Source: Candidatus Latescibacterota bacterium
Lineage (GTDB): Bacteria; Latescibacterota; UBA2968; GCA-2709665
Assembly (NCBI GenBank): GCA_965248435.1
Contig: OZ252100.1
Coordinates: forward strand, 320,001 to 384,000
Direction of reading: 5' to 3'
DNA: 64,000 nucleotides
Below the pieces are notes generated by a model. It ran no database searches, had not been told where the DNA came from, and was given only the letters and a program-made list of their open reading frames with translations. Shown here piece by piece: positions 9,082-18,500 of the stretch; positions within the stretch are counted from its first letter, which is position 1, and the number at the start of each line of letters is the position of its first letter. A program made the position numbers and the translations under genes.

Positions 9082-11313
9082 CTATGCTGTGATCCCTTCC
9101 TTGCCACCGCCGACCTCGATGACGGCGGTCGTCTCTTTCTGGGTCTGGACGAACCTGTAGAAGATGCCCTTTCGCTCCAGGAGCTCTGCGTGCGTGCCCG
9201 CTTCAGCCACTTTTCCCTCATCCATGACGAGGAGGCGGTCGGCACTCCTCAGCGTAGATAGCCGATGGGCGATCGCGAACGTCGTGCGTCCCTTCACCAG
9301 ATGCGCGATCGCAGCCTGGATCTTCTTTTCCGTCGGTGTGTCCACGGACGACATCGCTTCATCCAGAATCAGGATCCTCGGGTCGTAGAGGATCGCCCGG
9401 GCAATCGAAATCCGCTGCCTCTCTCCGCCGGCCAGGATCTTACCCCCTTCAGCCACCATCGCGTCATAACCTTCAGGTTTGCGTACGATGAATTCGTGTG
9501 CCTCTGCCAGAATCGCGGCCTGGAGGATCTCCTCGAAGGTCGCATCAGGCTTCCCGTAGGCGATGTTTTCTGCGATCGTCGCATCGAACAGGAAAGGCTC
9601 CTGATGTACGACGCCGATCTGCGATCGAAGACTCTTCAGATCGATCTTTCGCATATCCATGCCATCCACTTCGATCGTGCCCATGTTCGGGTCATAAAGT
9701 CGACAGACCAGGTTGATCACAGTCGTCTTCCCGACCCCTGTCTTGCCGACCAGGCCGATCATCTCTCCCGGGAATACATCCAGGTCGATCCCCTTCAGCA
9801 CCGGTTTACCGGGGTCGTATCCGAACACGACGTTCTTGAAGGTAACACGCCCCTCGATTCTGGGGATTTGGATCGCATTTGGGGCCTCGAACGGCTCGGG
9901 ATCGCTGTCGATCACCTCGAAGACCTTCCTGGCCCCGGCGAACGACCTCAACGTAAAATTGTAAAGGGCGCCCAGCCACTGCAGGGGCTCGTATAGCATC
10001 CACAGGTAGCTGATGAAGGCGATCAGAGCGCCCAGCGTCAACTCGTTTCTCAAAATCTGACGTCCGCCGAAGTACCACACGAAAAAGGCGCCGAAACTCA
10101 TCAGAAAGTTTGACAGGGAGAAGAAGACGAACCAGTTTCGCTCTACGCTGATGTTCACCTGACAAACGTCTTCATTTCGGCGATCGAACCGCTCCCCTTC
10201 CCGGGGCTCCTGGGAGAACGCCTTCACGACCCTGATGCCGGTGATCGATTCGTTCAGGTGAGAATGGAGACGGGCCCATTTGTTCGACCACCTCCGAAAG
10301 AGGAGCAGCATCCGCGACCAGACCCTGCTCCCGGCAAAAATGACAAAAGGGATCGGAATGAGGACGAAGATCGTCAGCTCCCAGTTCATGAACGAAAGAA
10401 GGCTTAAGATCCCCGCGGCCATCAGCGCGTTGGAGATCAAGAACGGGATCCCGATGAGATAATACTCTTCAAGCCTGTCCGTATCGGTAGACATGCGTGA
10501 AATCAGCGCGCCGATCTTTCGCCTGTCGTAGAAACGGAGCGGCAGAAACTGAAAATGCCTGAACAGGTCTGTCCGGATGTCCTGAACGGAACGATGACCC
10601 AACCAGCGACTCAGCCACTCCGTGGCTACCTGAGTTATCCACAACATAACCCGCACACCCAGCAGCAAGAGAGCGAGCTGTACCAGGAGGCTCATGTTGG
10701 CGCGAGGTGTAAGCACGTCGTCAATAATGTGCTGTGTGATCTTAGGCGGTACCAGTCCCAGGGCCGTCATGATGACCGTGAGTAGGACCATCAGCGCGAA
10801 TCTCTTCCTGAAGCTGAGCATATATCCGACGATTCGTTTCAGCGTTTGCCACGAACTCCTGCAGAACGAGCACAGGGCCGTCCCTTCAGGCAGCAGCCGA
10901 CGGCACTCCGGACACCGTTTCTTCTCCAACTCGGTCGGCAATACAAGAGGCTCGCCCTTTGACAGCTGGCGGATCCCCTCCGCGACCCCTGCAAACTTGG
11001 GCCTTAGAGACTGAGTGAATGAGAGCGTAAGGGGCTCCCCCGCCTTTCGATCGACCTCGATCTGGCCGGCGCCGACCAGGTCTTCGATGCGCACATCCGC
11101 GACCTCGGATACCGGGAACTGGACGATTCCGTCTTCTCCATCGGCGGGGATTACCAGAAGCGTTTTTTCTGTTATGACCAACCACTGTTGACCGAAGCTT
11201 CTTTCGGCGGAGAGGTCCGTCGCGACCTGGACGAGCACCTCCTCCTCCTCCGGCTTCGCCCTGTCGAGCTTTAAACGGATGTCCTCGGGCAGCTGTTCTT
11301 TGAATGGGTCCAT
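9082..11313 (-). CDS. ABC exporter (TMD+NBD) with N-terminal extension and CxxC..CxxC
   Basis: Walker A GKTGVGKT, degenerate signature LAGGERQR, ILILDEAMS, AHRLST; CPEC..CSFC ahead of the TMD. Confidence 0.93.
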   Translation of the reverse strand: MDPFKEQLPEDIRLKLDRAKPEEEEVLVQVATDLSAERSFGQQWLVITEKTLLVIPADGEDGIVQFPVSEVADVRIEDLVGAGQIEVDRKAGEPLTLSFTQSLRPKFAGVAEGIRQLSKGEPLVLPTELEKKRCPECRRLLPEGTALCSFCRSSWQTLKRIVGYMLSFRKRFALMVLLTVIMTALGLVPPKITQHIIDDVLTPRANMSLLVQLALLLLGVRVMLWITQVATEWLSRWLGHRSVQDIRTDLFRHFQFLPLRFYDRRKIGALISRMSTDTDRLEEYYLIGIPFLISNALMAAGILSLLSFMNWELTIFVLIPIPFVIFAGSRVWSRMLLLFRRWSNKWARLHSHLNESITGIRVVKAFSQEPREGERFDRRNEDVCQVNISVERNWFVFFSLSNFLMSFGAFFVWYFGGRQILRNELTLGALIAFISYLWMLYEPLQWLGALYNFTLRSFAGARKVFEVIDSDPEPFEAPNAIQIPRIEGRVTFKNVVFGYDPGKPVLKGIDLDVFPGEMIGLVGKTGVGKTTVINLVCRLYDPNMGTIEVDGMDMRKIDLKSLRSQIGVVHQEPFLFDATIAENIAYGKPDATFEEILQAAILAEAHEFIVRKPEGYDAMVAEGGKILAGGERQRISIARAILYDPRILILDEAMSSVDTPTEKKIQAAIAHLVKGRTTFAIAHRLSTLRSADRLLVMDEGKVAEAGTHAELLERKGIFYRFVQTQKETTAVIEVGGGKEGITA

Positions 11314-11321
11314 GTGTTCCC

Positions 11322-13556
11322 TTATTCCGCGACCGCGATCATCTCCGCGATTTCCTGCTGCAGCTTCACGAGCCCGTAAAACTTCCCCCGTTTCTCGAGA
11401 AGTTCCTCGTGGGTACCGACCTCTACGACCCGACCGTCCTCAAGAACGACCAGGCGGTCTGCGTCCCTCAACGTGGAGAGGCGGTGCGCGATCGCGAACG
11501 TCGTTCGTCCCTTCGTGAGCCGACTGATCGCCTGTTGGATCTTCTTCTCCGTCTCCACATCTACCGAGGAGGTCGCTTCATCCAGGATCAGGATCTTCGG
11601 ATCGTGCAGAATGGCCCTCGCGAGGGATACGCGCTGTCTTTCACCTCCGGAGAGGCTGGCCCCGCGCTCCCCGACCTGGGAATCGTAGCCGTCCGGCTTC
11701 GCCACGATAAAATCGTGCGCGTTCGCCGCCCGGGCCGCCGCCAGAATTTCTTCGAAACCCGCACCCGGCCTCCCGTAGGCGATGTTCTCTGCGATAGAGC
11801 CGCTGAAGAGCAGGGGCTCCTGGAGCACGATCCCGATCTGATTGCGCAGATCCCTCAGGCGGATCTTACGCACGTCGACGCCATCGATCTCGATGGACCC
11901 GCGGTCCAATTCGTAGAATCGGCAGATCAGATTCACCGTGGTCGTCTTCCCTACCCCTGACTTTCCGACCAGGCCGATCATCTCGCCCGGCGCAACGTCC
12001 AGGTCGATGCCGTTCAGAACCGGCTTGCTCTTGTCGTATCCGAACCTGACATCCCGGAACCGAATGCTGCCCTCAATGTCCGGCATGGCCACGGCGTCCG
12101 GATCCTCGTAGGCCTCCGCGGGGGTATCCGCGATCTCGAAGATGCGCTCGGCCCCCGCAAAAGCCCGTGACATCCAGCTGTTGACTTGTCCGAACCAGCG
12201 AAGCGGACCGTAGAGCAGCCACATGTAGCTGTAGAAAGCCAGGAGGGTGCCCAGGGTCAACTCGCCTCGGATGACTTCCTCACCGCCGAAGAACCAGACG
12301 ATGACGACGCCGAGCCCGGTGAGAAACGTCATGGTCGCAAAGAAAAAGATCTGGTTGACTTCGGTCCTCACCGCGGTTCGCGTGAGATTCTGTGCCAGTT
12401 TCTCGAATACTGCGATCTCTTTGTTCTCCCCCCCGAAGGCCTTGACGACCCGAATGCCCCTCAGCGCCTCGTTGGTTCTGGAGATCGCGTCGGACCAGGC
12501 CTGCATCCACTTCATGAAGACCACCCGCATCCGGCGCCAGTAGAAGGTGGCCCACACCGCGATGATGGGAACAGGAAGCAGGACATAGATCGTCAGTTTC
12601 CAGCTCATGTAGAACAGGACGCCCAAAATGCCCACGAGCATAAGACCGTTTATGATGAGATAGGGCAGTCCGTCGACCAGGAACTCCTGGAGGCGGTTGC
12701 TGTCCCTCGTCACCCGGGACATCACGGCTCCGACCTGGCGTTTGTCGTAGAACGAGAGCGAAAGCAGCTCCAGCCGCTTGTAGAGCTGGCTCCGGATATC
12801 CGCCGTCACCCGAGCACTCAGGTAGGTCACGGTCCAGCCGTGGATCCATTCCGCGGCCCAGGTCACGACCCGCACGCCGAAGAGCGCTAGGACGAGCAGG
12901 CCCAGGAGTGAGAATCGTGCCTCAGAACCGAACGCCCCCCCGTCGACCGGCACCAACACGTCGTCCACGATCCGCTTCGTAATCAGAGGTGGGGCGAGCT
13001 CTGCAACAGTCGTGAGCACCGAAGAAAAGGCCAGGAACCCAGCTTGCCTCTTATAGGGCTTGAGGTATCCGGCGATTCGCCCAAGCGTTGCCATCCTCCG
13101 GATGCACGAGGGACAGACGCCGTTCTTTTCGGGGAGAGGCCGGTTGCACTTCTCGCAGCGAATCCGGTCCAGCTTTGTTTCGATCGCCAGGGACTCCCCT
13201 TTTCGCAGCTGTTCGATGCCCACCGCTACGTTCGCGAACTTGGCGGCCAGCGTATGCGTGTAGGGGACCTGGACCGTCGGCTTCCCGCGGCGCTCGATTT
13301 CGAGGCGGGCGCCCCCGATGAGGGATTCTGTACGGGCTTCGATGATGTCCCCCATCGGCACATCGACGCATTCCGAAGGGCCTCCACCCCACAAAACCAG
13401 AACCCGCTTCTCCGTGACGACGACCCACGGCGTATGGTAAACGCCGTCCGCGTCTATGTCGGAGGAAACTTGAATCAACACCTCCTCGTCTTCGTCGAGG
13501 AGGGTTCTGAGGTAACCTTCGATGCCGTTCAAAGAGGCTTCAAGTAATTTCTTCAC
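11322..13556 (-). CDS. ABC exporter (TMD+NBD) with N-terminal extension and CxxC..CxxC
   Basis: GKSGVGKT, LSGGERQR, ILILDEATS, AHRLST; CEKC..CPSC; paralogue of the downstream gene. Confidence 0.93.
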   Translation of the reverse strand: MKKLLEASLNGIEGYLRTLLDEDEEVLIQVSSDIDADGVYHTPWVVVTEKRVLVLWGGGPSECVDVPMGDIIEARTESLIGGARLEIERRGKPTVQVPYTHTLAAKFANVAVGIEQLRKGESLAIETKLDRIRCEKCNRPLPEKNGVCPSCIRRMATLGRIAGYLKPYKRQAGFLAFSSVLTTVAELAPPLITKRIVDDVLVPVDGGAFGSEARFSLLGLLVLALFGVRVVTWAAEWIHGWTVTYLSARVTADIRSQLYKRLELLSLSFYDKRQVGAVMSRVTRDSNRLQEFLVDGLPYLIINGLMLVGILGVLFYMSWKLTIYVLLPVPIIAVWATFYWRRMRVVFMKWMQAWSDAISRTNEALRGIRVVKAFGGENKEIAVFEKLAQNLTRTAVRTEVNQIFFFATMTFLTGLGVVIVWFFGGEEVIRGELTLGTLLAFYSYMWLLYGPLRWFGQVNSWMSRAFAGAERIFEIADTPAEAYEDPDAVAMPDIEGSIRFRDVRFGYDKSKPVLNGIDLDVAPGEMIGLVGKSGVGKTTTVNLICRFYELDRGSIEIDGVDVRKIRLRDLRNQIGIVLQEPLLFSGSIAENIAYGRPGAGFEEILAAARAANAHDFIVAKPDGYDSQVGERGASLSGGERQRVSLARAILHDPKILILDEATSSVDVETEKKIQQAISRLTKGRTTFAIAHRLSTLRDADRLVVLEDGRVVEVGTHEELLEKRGKFYGLVKLQQEIAEMIAVAE

Positions 13557-13630
13557 GGATTACCCTTATTCTACTGTCTCTCCAATGTTTATATAAATCT
13601 CGGGCTCTAAGACCGGTTCCATTACGGGGT

Positions 13631-13663
13631 AAAAAAATAGCCATCCAAATGTTGAGGATGGCT
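13631..13663 (-). terminator. Intrinsic terminator / possible attenuator upstream of the ABC operon
   Basis: Minus strand: AGCCATCC-9 nt loop-GGATGGCT followed by ATTTTTTT. Confidence 0.8.
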
Positions 13664-13712
13664 TCAAATCGGCCCGTTTCAATCCCGGCAACGTTTAGAT
13701 CTTCCTACGACT

Positions 13713-13748
13713 TTATATGAACAGTGTGCCGCCGCCAAGCACCTTCAT
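13713..13748 (-). CDS. Putative 11-aa leader/micro-peptide MKVLGGGTLFI
   Basis: AAGGAG SD 6 nt before the ATG, TAA stop; lies between a sigma70-like promoter and an intrinsic terminator. Confidence 0.6.
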   Translation of the reverse strand: MKVLGGGTLFI

Positions 13749-13774
13749 TTTAGACTCCTTTGTGGGTTAACTAA

Positions 13775-13803
13775 ACGCTATAAACTTCATCCCTCCAAGT
13801 CAA
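13775..13803 (-). promoter_or_regulatory. sigma70-like promoter
   Basis: TTGACT-N17-TAGCGT on the minus strand. Confidence 0.55.
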
Positions 13804-13839
13804 GTGAAAATTGCGATCTTCGCTTCTACTCCGAAGGCG

Positions 13840-14490
13840 TTACGGCACCAACTCGACCGTGCCCCAAAGACTGGGGTCATAGGATACCGGCAGAGGCTCG
13901 TCTGCCGTCCAGGACTGCCTCCCTCCTCTCCCATCCTTGAGCAGGTAGCTGAATCCCAGCCGGTTGTTCGACTCCGGATCGAAACCGATGAGGACTTCCG
14001 AAGGCAGGTGCATCTCCATTCGGTATCCTGACTTGAGGACCCTAGACGCAACGTTTAGCTTTTGGGGATCGCACAATCTGCCGTACGCGCGGGCGCGTCG
14101 GATGCGCATCTGTCTGCCGATCGGCAATCGTCCTTTCTGCCCCGCCCCTCCGGGAAGGAAGTAGAAGTGATGACAGTAGCGACTCGCCCTGTGGACTTCT
14201 CGCACATCGCGTGTGTCGATCCAGATCTGGAGCGAGTCTCCTCTAAGCGGCTGTTTCGGCAGGACGTCGGCACCGGAGCCCTTGACAGAGATTGCAAAGT
14301 AGAGTCCAGCTTCGTTCCAACTCATAAAGAGGTCCGCGAAGGGCGCCCCTCCATCGAGGGTGCTTAGATCGGGGATCTTGTAGCGACCGCCCCAGTCTCC
14401 CAGGTTGCCGTCCAGCTTTGGGGCTTTGGCCCGGTAGGGACACGAGTAGGCGAACTTGAAGAAGGCTCGATTCGGGATCTTGACGTTCAC
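13840..14490 (-). CDS. CBM9/DOMON-like carbohydrate-binding-fold protein
   Basis: PKLDGNLGDW, MSWNEAGLYFA, DSLQIWIDTRD, GYRMEMHLP and PSLWGTVEL pattern; GTG start overlaps the MTase stop (GTGA). Confidence 0.7.
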   Translation of the reverse strand: MNVKIPNRAFFKFAYSCPYRAKAPKLDGNLGDWGGRYKIPDLSTLDGGAPFADLFMSWNEAGLYFAISVKGSGADVLPKQPLRGDSLQIWIDTRDVREVHRASRYCHHFYFLPGGAGQKGRLPIGRQMRIRRARAYGRLCDPQKLNVASRVLKSGYRMEMHLPSEVLIGFDPESNNRLGFSYLLKDGRGGRQSWTADEPLPVSYDPSLWGTVELVP

Positions 14491-15542
14491 GCCTGCTTCC
14501 TCAAGCAGAAGAGGTATTCCCTCACCCAATCGCCTTTATAAACCCTGTTGTCCCGGTCAACATCGGCCCGGAAACGGGGATACCTCAGGGTCTCGACTTC
14601 GACCTCCCCGTGCTTCATCATCACCTTCTTGATGTCGTTCCTGGACATGATCCCTTCATTATTATAACTCAGGAAGACGTGGTTGGCAGAAGTGGACCGA
14701 ACGATCTCTTCCAGAGCGGGAAGCGCGCGCTTTTTCATGCAGAATTCCGATTTCTGATCCTGGTAGGGCCTGAGCCCCGTCGTTCCGTAAACCTTCGGTT
14801 TGTCGTAGCGTGCGATCGTTTCCAGAACGTGATAGTTCGCGCAGTACTGCCGGTGATTGTATGGCGGATCCATGTAAAGCACGTCGCAGTCCAGCTCCTG
14901 GACGACCTGAAGCCCGTCCTGATTGAAGGTGGCGTGATTCAGTTCGGAGGGAAAAACAGGGACCTTCCGGAGCAGAAGGGGTTTTCGCGCCGTCTTCTTG
15001 ATGTGCTTCAGGAACGCACCGTAGATCGAGGCCGTGTTCGCGACGCGGTCGGCCGCGTCGATCAGACTGGCCAGAAGGTAATAGTATTCATCTTCGTTCA
15101 GTCGACCCGTCCGCCGCCATCTTTCGATCTGGGTGCGCACAGCGTCGCAGCGCATGCCATTTTCGTCCGAAAAATACTGTCGTTTCACCGCCGACTGCTT
15201 CGTCCCCCCAGGACAATAGTTCTGGTAGATGAATCCTTCTACGCCCTCCAGCCCGTTCAGGAAGGACAGCACGCCTTCTGCGCCATCCAGGCGGCCGTTG
15301 TGCCGACTCAAACCGTCGAATTCCGGCATCCGGTTGATCTGAACCGCAGCGCGATTGAGGCAGTACGCGTAGTGTTGAATGTCGTTCGAAGCGATTCGAA
15401 ACCCGAGCTGTTTGAAGCGGAGCCCGACAATACCTGTGCCGGCGAACAGATCGCAGAACAGCCCGCGGCGCGGACCTACGCGCTTCAAAATCCCGCGCTC
15501 CAGAAAATCGATGAGTGAATATTTGCTGCCGATGTAGTTCAT
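14487..15542 (-). CDS. DNA adenine methyltransferase (D12/Dam-like, NlaIII/FokI type), orphan
   Basis: MNYIGSK, DLFAGTG (motif I), YMDPPY (motif IV), FLSYNNEG; no adjacent restriction endonuclease. Confidence 0.92.
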   Translation of the reverse strand: MNYIGSKYSLIDFLERGILKRVGPRRGLFCDLFAGTGIVGLRFKQLGFRIASNDIQHYAYCLNRAAVQINRMPEFDGLSRHNGRLDGAEGVLSFLNGLEGVEGFIYQNYCPGGTKQSAVKRQYFSDENGMRCDAVRTQIERWRRTGRLNEDEYYYLLASLIDAADRVANTASIYGAFLKHIKKTARKPLLLRKVPVFPSELNHATFNQDGLQVVQELDCDVLYMDPPYNHRQYCANYHVLETIARYDKPKVYGTTGLRPYQDQKSEFCMKKRALPALEEIVRSTSANHVFLSYNNEGIMSRNDIKKVMMKHGEVEVETLRYPRFRADVDRDNRVYKGDWVREYLFCLRKQA

Positions 15543-18500
15543 GGCAAGACGAGTTCGGCCTGTCGTTTGTTCCGGGAACGACGTCGGACTGCAGGTCTCG
15601 GGGGCAGTAGCTCTTTCAGAAACCGTCCCGTATGGGACTCTGGAGACTCCGCCACCTCCTCGGGAGTACCAGAGGCTACGATGAAGCCGCCCTCTTCCCC
15701 TCCTTCAGGACCCAGATCGATCACCCAATCGGCCGTCTTGATCACATCCAGGTTGTGCTCGATCACGATGACCGTATTCCCTGCATCTACGAGCCAGTTC
15801 AGAACATCCAGAAGCCTCTGGATATCCGCGACGTGGAGACCGGTGGTCGGCTCATCAAGGAGGTAGACCGTCCTCCCGGTGTTCGGTCGAGAGAGTTCCT
15901 TGGCCAGCTTGACCCTCTGGGCCTCTCCCCCGGACAACGTCGTAGAGGCCTGACCCAGCTTGAGGTAGCCGAGGCCCACATCGTCCAGGGTCTTCAAAGG
16001 CCTCTGCACTCTGGGCACGTTCCCGAAGATTGCCAGGGCTTCTGACAGCGTCATGTCCAGCACGTCCGCGATCGATCGCCCTTTATAGAGGACGTCCAGG
16101 ACGTCCCGGTTGTAGCGTTTTCCGTCGCAGACCTCACAGGTCACCCAGACGTCAGGCAAGAAATGCATCTCGATGCACCGCGATCCCAATCCCTCGCACG
16201 CCTCACAGCGCCCCTTCCGGCTGTTGAAACTGAACTGCCCGGCCTGATATCCTTTGACCTTCGCATCAGGCAGTTGGCTATACAGCTGCCGAATCGCATC
16301 GAACGCCTTCACGTATGTTGCCGGGTTGCTCCTCGGTGTAAACCCGATCGGGGCCTGATCGATGTCGATCACCTTGTCGACCTGCTCCAGTCCGGTCACC
16401 TCGTCGTGTTCGCCCCACGCCTGGTGGGCGCGGTTGACCTTCGTCGCGAGTGCCCCGAAAAGGACGTCATTGACGAGTGAACTTTTTCCTGACCCGGATA
16501 CTCCGGTAACGCACGTGAACGTAGAAAGCGGAAACGCAACCGTCAGATCCTTCAAATTGTTCTGCCTGGCCCCCTTCACGACGAGCGTTTCCTGGTCAGC
16601 GGGCCTGCGGGACTCCGGGACGTCGATCCCCAGACGCCCTTTGAGGTAGCGCGCGGTCAGAGAGCCCCCTCTGAGTCCGAGCCGCTTGGGGCGCCCCTCA
16701 GCGACCATTGTGCCTCCCTGGGATCCCGCCCCCGGACCGAAATCCAGGATATGATCGGCTGCCTCCAGGGTTTCGCGGTCGTGTTCGACGACAAGAAGCG
16801 TATTCCCGAGATCCCTGAGTCGTTTGAGCGCTGCGAGCAGGCGTCGGTTGTCGCGTTGATGGAGGCCGATCGTCGGCTCGTCCAGCACGTAGAGCACCCC
16901 GGTCAATCCGGACCCGATCTGGCTCGCCAGGCGGATCCGCTGCGCCTCTCCGCCCGATAACGTGGGCGCTCTCCTCGAGAGCGAAAGGTAGCCCAGTCCT
17001 ACCTCGTTCAGGAAGGTGAGCCGGGTTTGAATCTCCTGAATCACCTCGCCCGCCGCCTGCTGGTCACGGGCGCTGAGCGCCATCGCATGAAACCACGAAC
17101 GCGTCTCCTCGATCGGCAGGTCTGTGGTTTCCGGCAACGTCCTTCCTCGAAACCTGACGGCAGCGCTTTCCGGATGAAGTCGCGACCCTCGACAGGCAGG
17201 GCAGGCCACATCCTGTACCAGCTCACCCATCTCCCGCCGAAATCCGGTCGAGAGCCGGACGAGACCCTCAACGGTCGGAAACAATCCTTTGTACTGAAGC
17301 TTCAGGCCTCCGGGGACCTCCAGCCACCGGTCTCCCAGGCCATAGAGGAGCGCTTCGAGGGCCTGCCCGGGCAGGTCTGAGATTGGTGAGTCCAGGCCGA
17401 AGCCGGCCTCTCTGGAGACCGCCTTCAAAAGGTCCAAAAGCTGGCCGCTCGGCCTCCCCCAGGGCAGCACCGCACCTTCGTTGACCGACAGTCTGGAGTT
17501 CGGGATCAACGTGTTCCGACCCATCCCCCTCTGCGTCCCAAGACCTTCGCACGCAGGACACCAGCCGTCCGGACTGTTGAACGAGAGGCGCTGCGGCGTC
17601 AGTTCCTCGAAACTCCCCCCGCAGGATGGGCAGGAGAGGTGCTGGCTGAATCGGCTCTCAGCTTCGTCATCCGGCGACGCGACGACCACGATGCCGCCGG
17701 ACAGGTCCAGCGCCATCTCCGTCGAATCCGCGATCCGCTTTCGATCCTGCTCGCCTGTCTTGATCCGGTCTACCAGGACCTCGAAGCGGTGGGTCAGACG
17801 ATGGTCGATCTCGATCGGATCCTCGAGATCGAACACCACCCCATCCAGCCTGCCCCGGACGAATCCCTTGCGTCGCGCCCGCTCGATCAGTGTCGGATAG
17901 TCCTCGCCACGCCCGGGCGTCCTGGGGGCCAGGAGGTAGAGTCGTCTCCCCTCGGGAATCTCCAGGATGCGGTCAACGATCTCCTGGGCAGACTGCGCAC
18001 CGGCCTCCACGTCGCATTCGGGGCAGACGACGGCGCCCAACATCCCGAAGAGGGCGCGCAGGTAGTCGTAAACCTCAGTGATCGTTCCGACCGTAGATCT
18101 GGGATTCTTGCTCGCTGCCTTTTGCTCGATCGAAATCGCAGGGGACAGCCCCACGACACGATCCACCCTTGGCTTCTGGGCCTGCCCCAGGAACTGACGG
18201 GCATAGGCCGAAAGCGACTCGACGTAGCGGCGCTGGCCCTCTGCGAAGACCGTGTCCAGCGCCAGCGAGGTCTTCCCTGAGCCGGACACCCCGGACACTA
18301 CGGTCATCTTCTCCCGAGGGATCTTTACGTCTACGTTCTTCAAGTTATGTTCTCTCGCCCCGAGCACCTCGATCTCCCGGATCCGCTCGTCCAGACGCCG
18401 GGTCTTCTTCCGGCTGTCGGCCGCCCCATTCCCGCGGGCCCTCCCGTTTCCGATCGCCCTGCCGTTCAGCACGGGGCAGAGCGCCTGTCCTGTGTGGGAG

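Noticed and set aside
14487-15542. Complete restriction-modification system
   Set aside because: No endonuclease gene adjacent; the downstream gene has a CBM9-like pattern.
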